Assembly: GCF_009914755.1 (NCBI RefSeq)
Contig: NC_060927.1
Source: the human T2T-CHM13v2.0 reference genome, Homo sapiens
Direction: 5' to 3' (one strand)
Length of the DNA: 64,000 bases
In this document: one piece after another, positions 27,436 to 42,061 of the stretch
Layout: each line of letters starts with the position of its first letter
Numbering within the stretch: position 1 is the stretch's first letter
The notes under the pieces: model-generated
Database searches by the model: none
Told to the model about the DNA's origin: nothing
What the model saw: the letters and a program-made list of their open reading frames with translations, nothing else
Translations under genes and position numbers: made by a program

Positions 27436-29626
27436 GGATATAAAAGTTCTAATAAGGCAGGTTCTAGGAAGGAGACAAAAAAATAAAGGACAACTGCTTG
27501 GGTGAAGGGAGTGGTTCTATTGTTTGTGTAACTAATGTTCAACATTAATGGCTCACTTAGCTGCTGCCCATATCTAGTGGTGAAACAAATTAACTCAAAT
27601 GCAAACAGCTTATTTATATGTACATATTCCCATACATTTATTTGAATCCCCAGTGATACTCTAAAAGCTAATTACAATGAAAAATAAGCCATTCTACGTG
27701 TAAATATACATGTAATTCTGCCAGTTAATTGCCTGAAATTTTCATTTTGTTCACATTCCCAAGTGAAAAACCTCAGGATTTTTTTGTCCTGAAGTAACAG
27801 ACAACTTGTGTAATCTTTAAAAGTGTGCTTCTCCTCACCATTGTCTCTTAATCAAATTAAATTTATGAGATGAAATAAACCCAATACATTAATGTTAGAT
27901 TAATATATGTTTTCTCTGGTTAGTTTTTAAACAAGGGAGGTGCTGAGCAGTATGGAATTTGATCCCATAAAGAGAATAGGTGTTTCTCAGTCCCTGGTGG
28001 GAGGTTTCACCTTTGGGGCCAGAATTTTAGTGACTTTATCACTAGACCGCAAAATCATTTCTGATGGGCCTTGAAGCCCTTATATCTCTGTGGCCCATGT
28101 AGATAACATAGTCTAAGTAAAAAGAAATCCCATTACACAGAACATCATAAAGACAGCAGGGATGTCAGACTGTCCACTAACCAGAGGCCATCTTGAGATT
28201 TTTTTTTTTTTACCGTTGTCTTTAATAGAAAAAGAAAACCATGATGATTCTACTTATCTCCCCTATTCCCTCCTTCATTTCCTCAATATTATTTTGTATT
28301 GACTTCTTTGCACAGGTATATGTGGGAAGGGGAACCCAAAATAAAAATCCATTTCATCTCTGCCACCAAAATCTCCACCAACTTACTTTTATCTAAACCC
28401 AAGGGAAAATGAGGGGCAACACATTTGTGGAGCAGTTACTATTCAGAAGCAAGGCAGCATCACACAAGAATGTATTCTGAATTCGTTGCTTATACCAGTA
28501 TTTCTTTCCTGCTGTTTTCTCCGTGAATTAACTTGATAGTAGGTTCTGGACTAGTGGATAGTGGGAGAATTATGAAAGCATCTGATGAACATAAAATTTA
28601 TTATGTAGAATATATCAAAAATATATGTAAATCACTATTTTATTGCTTGATATGACCTTACGATATTGTCAAAATAGATAGCCTATATTTTGCTATAGCA
28701 GGCACTTCACTTCTTTAAAACACATTTTATAATATCAACCTTTCATGCCTAGTTAGAAGAGAGATGTTCTGGAACACTTGTCTAGCACACACTTATGTTG
28801 GTGCAGGCACACACACACACACCCAAAATAAATCTAATGTGTCTTGGATATAAATTGTTTTATAATGAAAGGCTAACAAAGGCCACCAACCATTGTAATA
28901 GGTAAGATGAGCTTTTGACAAATCCTTGGATCGGAGTATCTTTTATAGTTGATATGAAGAAAAAGGTGATGCATTGGCTGGCATTATATCTCAATACATT
29001 ATTGCTGAAGTTTAAAAAATTTACTAAAGTGAATTTTCAATTTATTCTTTGCAAAGAAATCAGGCCTACAATAAGGATATGTGTATTTAAACAAATGATT
29101 GAAGTTAGCAAAATATTTATGAGGTCCACATCTTAAAATTGGTGCTATCAACCCTGTCACCCCATTGGTTGTTAGCCAATAGTAGTCACAGTTCAAAGAT
29201 GATATTGTCCTATGTAGTTTCTGAATCGTTGTTTTCCCTTAGCCAATTCCATTTTATAGCCCTTGTTCAATTTAAATACTCCATTTCTTAGGGATTTGCC
29301 ATCACTCACTCTCACATTGTTTTCAATTTCAATATAAATTGATGCTGCCTCTTGTGTTGTTTCTCCAAATACTCTTCTTGTTAAACAAGATCTCCTGTTT
29401 CTAGAATGGTGTGCACATTTGCACATTCTATTAGAAAAAAACCAGATTCCCTCTCAAAATATTTGCAAGTGCCACACCTTCAAAACACAAGACAGATCCT
29501 CCATTCAGACAATAGAAAAGAAAACAGGACCACCCATGTGCTTTTAAGGCACTCAGGAAGCTGAATGCCGAAATGTATATTTGTTTTAAAATATAGATGA
29601 TTGATCATTTCTTTAAAAATGTTTTG

Positions 29627-29905
29627 GGCCAGGTGTGGTGGCTCACTCCTGTAATCCCAGCACTTTGGGAGGCCGAGGCAGGCGGATCACAAGGTCAGGA
29701 GATTGAGACCATCCTGGCTAACACGGTGAAACCCCGTCTCTAATAAAAATACAAAAAATTAGCCTGGCAATGTGGCAGGCGCCTGTAGTCCCAGCTACTA
29801 GGGAGGCTGAGACAGGAGAATGGCATGAACCCGGGAGGCGGAGGTTGCAGTGAGCCAAGGTCACGCCACTTCATTCCAGCCTGGGCGACAAGGGAGACCC
29901 CATCT

Positions 29906-29943
<38 letters not shown>
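29627..29943 (+). mobile_element. Alu, AluY-like, with long poly(A)
   Basis: gaccatcctggctaacacgg, gcaggcgcc, gaatggcatgaacc; A-run 29907-29943. Confidence 0.93.
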
Positions 29944-29987
<44 letters not shown>

Positions 29988-30073
29988 TATATATATACAC
30001 ATATATATACACACATATATATACACATATATATGTACACACACACACACATATATATACATATGTATATATA

Positions 30074-30131
<58 letters not shown>
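29944..30131. repeat. Compound (TA)n/(CA)n/(TG)n microsatellite
   Basis: Read directly; follows the Alu tail. Confidence 0.98.
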
Positions 30132-30133
<2 letters not shown>

Positions 30134-30819
30134 CACATATGTATTTTGGAGCCTGAAGTTAACCAGAGTGAAATAGCTCAACTTTTACTGCAAAAACTCA
30201 AAATGAATTGTTAACTATTTAAGAAATGTTACAAGTAGGATGATGGAGTTCCTTTTCTAAGTGTGTGGGAAATTGAAAATCTTATGAGAATTAGAAGTTA
30301 TCTTCATGAAACTACATATAAGAGCCACAAAAGTACTCCTAGACAATTGGAGAATGACTGTTCTCTTTGTTAAACCTCCTCGGGTGTTTTCGTTGTTTTT
30401 TTTTTTTTTTTTTAATTGTCTGGACTCATAATCCCTGAATGAGCTGGGGAGTGCCAGGGAATAATCTATAATTTTAATTAACTATGATCATGTGGTTGAA
30501 TCAGTTTGAGAAGATATTTTGGGGTATAATCTTCTAGAACATTGCTTCGCCTTTTTTCTACATTTAACTGTTTTTGATTTGCTTCTAACTATAAAATTGA
30601 ACTACCGTAATAATCTAGAAATCACTGAACAAAATGCACAACAGGCCAAGCAAGTCAGAAATACTCTATTTTTCTTATCTACTCTTCTGTTAAGAAAAGA
30701 TTGTAATTTTTCCTCTTCTCCCCATTGATGCAATGTAAATAAGCATGGGTCCACTCTTATTATAAAGAAAACTACTCTGAGCCTCTGTTTTTTCATTGGT
30801 AAACTGCAGACGATTCTTA

Positions 30820-31300
30820 TTTCTTTTTTTCATTTTTATTTTACTTTAAGTTCTGGAATACATGTGCAGAACGTGAAGGTTTGTTACATAAATATACATG
30901 TGTCGTGGTGGTTTGCTGCACCTGTCAACCTGTCATCTAGGTTTTAAGCCCTGCATGCATTAGGTATTTGTCCTAATGCTCTCTCTCCCCTTGCCCCCAA
31001 CCCCCAACGGGCCCCAGTGTGTGATGTTCCCCTCCCTGTGTCCATGTGTTCTTATTGTTTAACTCCCACTTGTGAGCAAGAACATGAGGTGTTTGGTATT
31101 CTGTTCCTGTGTTAGTTTGCTGAGAATGATGGTTTTCAGCTTCATCCATGTCTCTGCAAAGGACATGAATTCATTCTTTTTTATGGCTGCATAGTATTCC
31201 ATGATGTATATGTGCCACATTTTCTTTATCCAGTCTATCATTGATGGGGATTTGGGTTGGTTCCAAGACTTTGCTATTGTAAATAGTGCTGCAATAAATG
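30820..31300 (-). mobile_element. L1PA8-like 3' end (5'-truncated), inside a MIR
   Basis: ggttttaagccctgcatgcattagg 3'UTR; ORF2 C-terminus [12 protein letters not shown]; MIR-like sequence on both sides. Confidence 0.9.
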
Positions 31301-31339
31301 GGTTTTTGTGAAGTTAAAATGTGTGAAATCACCTAAGAT

Positions 31340-31678
31340 AGATGTTGCAAACTCAAATGCGCACAGGATGCATAAAATTTAAAAATAAACAAAAGTGGCC
31401 AAGTTGGAGACAGAGAAGAGTGTTAGAGAATGTTGAGAACTGGTGAGCACACACTGTTTTTAATTGGGAATGGTGCTACTGGTCAGTGTCAGTACCAGCT
31501 AATTGCTCCCATGGGGACATGGTGATCCAGTGCTGCTCAACCTGATATTTTTCAGAGAAACTAGAAATCTAGATTCTTATGTGAAATTCTACTGTGACTA
31601 ATTTAACACTTCTGAACATCTCGATGTAGGCTAGTATCTAATGGGCCAAACTTTGTAGGCAGTTTGAGATCTGCAGTC
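31340..31678. mobile_element. MER102-like hAT DNA transposon
   Basis: gttgcaaactcaaatgc...tttttcagagaaactagaaatctagattcttatgtgaaat. Confidence 0.6.
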
Positions 31679-32655
31679 TAACACATAGAAAGTATTTGAT
31701 AAAAGTGCCTCCTTATTTCTCCCACTTTTATCCAAACTTTTGGATAAATATTTAAGTTATTTAAGATGCCCCGCAGGTTGAAAATAAGTGAACAAAGAAT
31801 CATAGACATTAGTAGTTACTGGTTGGGTTTTGAAATACAATAAGGACAGTGATGACTATTTTTGTGGTCTGGCCAAACCCCCAGGAATCTCTGAAGAACA
31901 TAGCCTTGCATTATTTGGACTTCTCTGGCCCCTGATGGCAGTATGATGGTTTAGTGACAGCCGAAAATGTACACGCAAGTAAAGACAAGACTGTTGTGGA
32001 CGTGGATCCAGACTTAAATGGAGAATAATCAGTCCCAGAAACTGACAGTATGGAAGCCCAAACTCTGTGTTAATGAGCACTTTGATGAAGAGAGCCAGGT
32101 GGGTTTGAAGATGGACTACCAATCTTTGGTGTTCCTCTGGGCATGTGGTCAAAATGCCATTTTTACTAATTGTTAATCACATGACAAATAGCCTAGCATG
32201 CAACCAGCAGGTGATATGAAACTGCAGGTGAAGAAATTCTAGAGCATAATGCAGTATAGCCTTGTTTTCAGGAAGAAGCCAAAACTGAGCTGGAAAAACA
32301 CAATTTGGGAAATAAACTGCAAAAACCCACATGCAAGAAAGTTTGAATTAATAAAATGAAATAGCAGAATCAATCAGACAGAAAACAATACATTTAGCAC
32401 TAAGAAAAAAAATCAGCTATTTGGAAAAAAAAGTGAAAGCCACTAAAGAATAGCCCCAATAAGAAGCTAAGCCAAGGAATCCTCATACAGGTTGTGGAAG
32501 CATGAGGAAGAAAAGGTGTTCACAAATATTGCATTTAAAACGATAGTAAACAGGAAGGCCGCTGCCTGTTCAGACAGGAACATGTAGGGTGCCTCTACCT
32601 AGATGAGGTCTCCAAAGCCCAAGAAATTTGATCATCCATTACATTTGCTCTAGTA

Positions 32656-32790
32656 CTCACTGAATTGTAAGCATCAGGAAGACATAGATACTGCTTTTTT
32701 TCCACTGGTGCAATTCCAGCCCCTAACACAGTGCCTGGCACATAGCAGGCACAGAGAAAATATTTGTGGGAGGAATGAATACATAAATAA
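32656..32790 (+). mobile_element. L2 3' end
   Basis: aacacagtgcctggcacatagcaggcacagagaaaatatttgtgggaggaatgaat. Confidence 0.8.
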
Positions 32791-32839
32791 GTTAATAAAG
32801 GAATTAAATCCAACAATTTGATTTGGCCTAATAATGGTA

Positions 32840-33060
32840 CCTACTATATAAGGAACACCTACTAAGTGCCCAGCTTTTATGTTATTTCTTATTTTTTAAT
32901 TCTATAAGGGAAGAAGAACATATATTTTTATTCTACAGAGGAAAAAACTGAGGTTCAGAAATCATGAGTAACTAAATTAAAGTTACATGACTAGTAAGTG
33001 GCAAAAGTGAGATTTGAACATGTGGTTATTTAACCCTAAAAACTTACTCTTTCATTATGC
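32840..33060 (-). mobile_element. MIR
   Basis: acagaggaaaaaactgaggttcaga...ctagtaagtggcaaaagtgagatttgaac. Confidence 0.7.
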
Positions 33061-33538
33061 CATTCTGTTTAGCTTCATCCATATCAACTCAGGGAGAGGG
33101 ACTCAAGTTGTTCAAAGAAACATAAGACTTAAATCCAGGTTATCTGCTCTACCCCCTTTGCCCTTTCTAAGGTACCCCATGCCCTCTTTCTGCTTTGTTT
33201 TCCTCATTGAAGCCCTTGGCAAACAATATCTTTTGAGCATGTTTCACACAGCAGACACCAGCACGCTCTACAAGTGTAATAAATGCTGATGTCAGAGCTA
33301 CCATAAAAGACAGAAGTCATTTCATTTTACATCAAGATACGAGTCACCATCTGGAAGACCAGATACGCCAATCTTAATTTGAGACCAGATTTTCAAATCT
33401 AACTCCAATGTGAAGGAAAAGCTTATCAGTATTCAAAGTGAAGACTTGGGTCACTCTGCCTAGCAAACATTCATTTTGTTAGGACTCCCTTTCATGAGCA
33501 AAAGTAAACGCATTCTGCAAACAGCTAGAGCTCCTTTC

Positions 33539-34020
33539 TGTATTGGTTCAGACTCTTGTTTGACAGGAATAGAAACTCACTTGGGCAAGAATACAACACA
33601 AGGAGGAAATTTATTATAAGGAAATACAATGTCTCCCGGAACCTGAGGGCAGGAATGCATCTGAGACTCAGAAATAGACCAAAGATGGTGTCACCCTCCT
33701 CTTTGCATCTCTACCCTGCAAATTAGCTTTCTCTGCTTCTCATCCCACATGGTGAAACGTAGCCACCCACAACTCCAGTGATTAAATGCTGCTATTTAAG
33801 AGACCAGTCAGATGCGTGTGAGAATTCTAAATCCACTTTGGTGCAGCTTGAGTCAGTTTCCCACTCCTGGCCAATCCACTGAGGTTTGGTAGGCAAGGGT
33901 CATATTTTATAAACATGATCATACTTTATATACACGGTGACCATATGGATGGAGCAGAGCTGAAAAGGGCTTGTCTCTGTAAAGAAGAAAGGAGTGAGGG
34001 GGAGTGAGTTCTGAGCAAGT
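33539..34020 (-). mobile_element. Old MaLR LTR (MLT1K/L-like)
   Basis: tgtattggttcagactctt...agaaactcac...aatttattataagg; cagcttgagtcag...ggccaatc. Confidence 0.5.
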
Positions 34021-35794
34021 TAACCACTCTCAATTGCCTTCTGTACTGTTATCTATATATACTGATACAAAGAAAAATAACTCTTCTGTGTACAATCAAA
34101 TGCAAAGGTGAAATTTAAAGTGAGAGTTCACTGATTATAAAGGTTTTAACAGATTAATATTTTAGGACAATAAATTGGCTCTTTGAGTACTCTACAATTC
34201 AGCATGTCTTGATGCACAAAATGACTTTTAAAACTCCTGTAACCATTCCATCATCTATAACCCCATCCCATGTATTTCTAAAAACCGCAATGCTGTGTCA
34301 GCATCATGGTAAGCATTCATCTTATGATTTGGTATTGATGAAAGTCGGTTACTTCCAGGTCTCCCTGCTGTTAAGTTACTTTTTATGCTTTCTTGTGAGA
34401 TGAATGTCTCCATCCCTGCTAAGAACTCCAGCTCAGCCTTTGCATATTATCTCAATGATCTCAGACACTTTATCTCTATACATTCTTTATGGATCGCATT
34501 ACTTTCAACACCTCTTATCTCTTGCCTGCAAAATCATCCTCCAGTGCAAAAGTACAAGAAGAGCATTGTCTCCAACCACCTTTCTCTCTCGGTGATGGCT
34601 TCGTCAACTCTCCATAGGCTAATCACATTTCAGAATAATGCTGTTTGGGGATGAATTTATCTGGTGCTGATTTATCAAAACCAAATCTTTGTATAAGAAG
34701 ATTCTCTTTTGGCATGATTCTACCAGATTTTTTTGTGTGTTCCCACCTGAACTGTAATTCTCCCAAACATAAATAGCCTTCTAGCCTCATTTTTCTCTCT
34801 GCTTTTGGATCAGTGCTTGTCATCAAAGGCAAGAGCTTGCTTTTGTTAGGAGCAGGACTGTTTTCTATTGTGTATCCCACTCCAGACAGTGGTGTTATCA
34901 TTTGACAATATCTCTCAGGACTTTTTATTACCATGCAACTAAGTTTTAAACCTATTTTGATTCAAACGAAGTTGATTAAAATCATTAAGTGCTGGCTTAT
35001 CCAATAAAGCATATTCGGAGTCATTCAGAAAATACATATTGGCATACTTACTCCACACAAGTCAGTGGGCAAAAAAGAATGGAGATGAATCAGATGTTGT
35101 CCCTGACCTTAAGGAAGTCGTGATCTATACATTTTGTATATAAATAAGCCCAATCAACTTTCATGCCTGGGAAAAGTCAATATCAGATTAACTTATAGAT
35201 GATTTCCAAGGACTACTATGAATCATTCTTTTCTTTGTTCAATTCAATTCATTAAAACAGATGTGAAGTCTGCTTTTTCATTCTTAACATCCTTATTTAA
35301 CAGTAATAACTAATACTTTTTGAATGTTCTCTGTGTATCAGGCTCAGTGCTACATAGTTTACATACACAAGTGATTCACATATGCAGCCAAGTTTGAGAC
35401 CATTGCTATAGCCTATTTTTTGTATGTGCATATATAAATATCCCACAGAGGCTTCTAATATACAATGGAGGGGAAAGAAAACCTCTGATTTTAGCTCTAC
35501 TGCAGTCAAAAGTGAAAGAATCTCTAAAGAAGCAGCCAAAGTATTTATATATTTTTAAAGCCTTCGAAAGGCACAGCCAGAGAGTTTTTAAGAACCATCT
35601 CCTAATTAAGTGATGTTTTTCATTGACCATCTACTCTGTTTTAAACTTTATCTATTGTTTGTCTTTGCACTAGTATTTGTTGTATCAGCCCATCTCCAAG
35701 GGTCTGCACAACTGATCAGGATATAGGCCTTTTGAGCTCCAGGTCCTCAATGTTAATCAATTTTATGATATTCTTGAGCTGAAAAGGGACATTT

Positions 35795-35862
35795 CATTGC
35801 AGTGTTTAAGTGGTTCAGTGTTTAATCTTGGAATCGAGTTATTTGGAATTCTATCCTAGTTC
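35795..35862 (+). mobile_element. MIR 5' part (continues at 44679-44820)
   Basis: gtggttcagtg...ttggaatc...ggaattctatcctagttct resumes after the L1 as attactaactgtgggaccttggg. Confidence 0.55.
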
Positions 35863-36387
35863 TTTTTTTTTTTAACTTTTATTTTAAGTTCAGGGGTACA
35901 TATGCAGGTTTGTTACATAGGGAAACTTGTGTCATGGGTTTTTTTTTTACAGATCATTTCATCATCCAGGTATTAAGCCCAGTACCCATTAGTTAGTTTT
36001 CCTGGTCTTCTCCCTCCTCCCACCATCTACCCTCAAGTAGGCCCCTGTGTGTGTTGTTCCCCTCATTGTGTCCATGTGTTCTCATCATTTAGCTCCCACT
36101 TGTAAGTGAGAACATTCAGTATCTGATTTTCTGTTCGTACGTTAGTTTGCTAAGAATAATGGCCTCCAACTCCATCCATGTCGCTACAAAGGACAGGATC
36201 TCATTCTTTTTTACAGCTGCGTAGTATTCCATGGGGTATATGTACCACATCTTGTTTATCCAGTCTACCATGAGGGGCATTTAAGTTGATTCCATATCTT
36301 TGCTATTGGGAATAGTGCTGCAATGAACATATTTGTGCATGTGTCTTTGTGATAGAATGATTTATATTCCTTTGGGTATATACCCAG

Positions 36388-38637
36388 TGATATGGTTTGG
36401 CTCTGTGTCCCCACCCAAATCTCATATCTAATTGTAATTCCCACATGTTGAGGGAGGGAGGTGATTGGATCATGAGAGAGGTTTTCCCCCATGCTATTCT
36501 CATGATAGTGAGTGAGTTCTCATGAGGTCTGATGGTTCTATAAGTGTTTGACAATTCCTCCTTCACATGCTCCTCTCTCTTCTACCACCTTGTGAAAAAG
36601 GTCCTTGGTTCCTCTTTGCCTTCCACCATGATTGTAAGTTTCCTGAGGTTTCCCCAGCCATATGGAACTGTGAGTCAATTAAACATCTTTTCTTGCTGAA
36701 TTACCCAGTCTCGGGTATTTCTTTATAGTAGTGTGAAAACAGACTAATACAGTAAAGTTGTACCACAGAGAGTTGGGTGCTGCTATAAATAGATACTTGA
36801 AAATATGGAAGCAACTTTGGAACTGGGTAATGGGCAAAGGTTGGAACAGTTTGGAAGGCTCAGAAGAAGAAAGTAGGATGTGGGAAGTTTGGAACTTCCT
36901 AGAGACTTGTTGAGTGGTTTTGACCAAAATGCTGATACTGATGTGGACAATGAAATCCAGACTTAGGTGGTCTTAGATGGAGCTGAGGAACTTATCTGGC
37001 ACTGGAGCAAAGGTCACTCTTACTATGCTTTAGCAAAAAGACTGGCAGCATTCTGCCCTGCCCTAGAGATCTGTGGCACTTTTAACTTGAGAGAGATGAT
37101 CTGAAATTGGAATTTATGTTTAAAAAGGAAGCAGAGCTAAAAGTTTGGAAAATTTGCAGCCTGATGATGCAATAGAAAAGAAAATCCCATTTTCTTGGTA
37201 GAAATTGAAGCTAGCTGCAGAAATTTGCATAAGTAACGAGGATTTAATTGTTAATCGCCAACACAATGGGGAAAATGTCTCCAGGGCATGTCAGAGATCT
37301 TAGCAGTATCCCCTCCCATCACAGGCCTTGCAGCCTAAAAGTAACAAGTGGCCTCAAAGCCTAGGAGAAAAAAATGGTTTCGTGATTTGGGTCCAGAGTC
37401 CTGTTGCTATGTGCAGCATCAGGATTTTGTGCCCTGCATCCCAGCTGCTCCAGCTCCAGCCATGGCTAAAAGGAGCCAAGGTACCACTCGGCCTGTTGCT
37501 TCAGAGGATGCAAGCCCCAACTTTTGGCAGCCTCCACGTGGTGATGGGCCTGTGGGTACACAGAAGAATTGAGGTTTGGGATCCTCTGCCTAAATTTCAC
37601 AGGTTATATGAAAACGCCTGGATGTCCAGGCAGAAGTCTGCTTCAAGGGCAGGGCCCTCATGGAGAAACTCTGCTGGGGTAGTGTGGAAGGGAAATGTGG
37701 GGTGTGAGGCCCCATACGGAGTCCCCACTAGGGCACTGCCTAGGGAGCTGTGAGAAGAGGGCCACCATCCTCTAGAACCCAGAATTGTAGATCCACTGAC
37801 ACCTTGAACCATGTGCCTTGAAAAGCTGCAGGCACTCAATGCTAGCCCATGAAAAGGCTGCCATGGCTGTGTGAGCTCACATCTTGCATCAACATGCCAA
37901 GAACATGAAACATGGAGTCAAAGGAGATGATTTTGGAGCTTTAAGATTTAATGACTGCCCTGCTGGATTGCAGATTTTCATGGGGCTTGTAACCCCTTTG
38001 TTTTGGCGAATTCCTCCCACTTGGAACAGGAGCATTTACCCAATGCCTGTAACCACATTGTATCTAGGAAGTAACTAATTTGCTTTTGATTTTTTAGGCT
38101 CATAAAATCAAGAATGGCAGAAGGGACTTGCCTTCTCTCGGATGAGACTTTGGACTGTGGATCTTCGAATTAATGCAGGAATGAGTTAAGACTTTGAGGA
38201 CTGTTGGGAAGGCATGACTGGTTTTCAAATGTGAAAAGACATGAGATTTGGGAGGGTCTAAGAGCAGGATGGTATGGTTTGGCTCTGTGTCCCCATGCAA
38301 ATCTCATCTCAAATTGTAATTCCCACGTGTTGAGGGAGGGAGGTGATTGGATCGTGGGAGAGGTTTTCGCCATGCTGTTCTCATGATAGTGAGTTCTCAT
38401 GAGATCTGATTGTTTCGTTTCGTAAGCAAAGCCTTTGACAGTTCCTCTTTCACACACTCCTCTCTCTCTTGCCACCATGTGAAGAAGGTCCTTGCTTCCC
38501 CTTTGCCTTCTGCCACGTTTCTAAGTTTCCTAAGACCTCCCAGCCATGTGGAACTGTAAGTCAATTAAGCCTCTTTCCTTTCTAAATTACCCAGTCTCGG
38601 GTATTTCTTTATAGTCGTGTGAAAACAGAATAATACA
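36388..38637 (+). mobile_element. Complete MaLR provirus THE1D/MSTA-like: 5'LTR 36388-36751, internal 36752-38269, 3'LTR 38270-38637
   Basis: Two homologous TG...CA LTRs, about 1.5-kb THE1-int, purine-rich tract before the 3'LTR, perfect TSD CCCAG (36383-36387, 38638-38642). Confidence 0.95.
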
Positions 38638-39344
38638 CCCAGTAAAGAGATTGTTGGGTCAAATGTTATTTCTGTTTTCAGTTTTTTGAGGAATCACCAC
38701 ATTGTCTTCCACCATGGCTGAACAAATTTACACTCCCACCAACAGAGTATAAGCATTACTTTTTCTTCACAACCATGCTAGCATCTGTTATTTTTTGACT
38801 TTTTAATAATACCCATTCTGATTTGTGTGAGATGGTATTTCATGGTTTTCATTTCCCTTTCCCTAATGATCAGTGATGTTGAGCTTCTTTTCATATGATT
38901 GTTCACCACATGTATGTCTTCTTTTGAAAAATGTCTGTTAATGTCCTTTAATGGGATTGTTTTATTCTTGTAAATTTGTTTAAGTTCCTTACAAATGCTG
39001 GATATTAGACCATTGTCAGATGCACAGTTTGCAAATATTTTCTCCCATTCTGTAGGTTGCCTGTTTATTCTGTTGATACTATCTTTTGCTGTGCAGAAGC
39101 TCTTTAGTTTAATTAAATCTCTTTTGTCAACTTTTGCTTTTGTCGTAATTGCTTTTGGCATCTACATCATGAAATCTTTGCCTGTTGCTATGTCAAGAAT
39201 GGTATTGCCAAGTCGTCTTCCAGGGATTTTTAGAGGTTTGGGTTTTACACTTAAGTCTTTAATTTTAAATGTAGGTTGTCTTCCAGGGTTTTTACAGTTT
39301 GGGTTTTTACATTTAAGTCTTTAATCCATTTTAAGTTGATTTTT

Positions 39345-42061
<2,717 letters not shown>

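Noticed and set aside
29825-30214. Five overlapping ORFs rich in K/F/IY/TH
   Set aside because: Stop-free frames produced by Alu poly(A) and the dinucleotide microsatellite
31860-32560. Coding-looking purine-rich stretch, possible pseudogene or very old LINE
   Set aside because: Stops in the frames I read, no recognisable protein, no poly(A) or TSD; needs a translated and Dfam search
37328-38078. ORFs up to 141 aa in the MaLR internal region
   Set aside because: Broken frames of THE1-int; no continuous gag-like ORF
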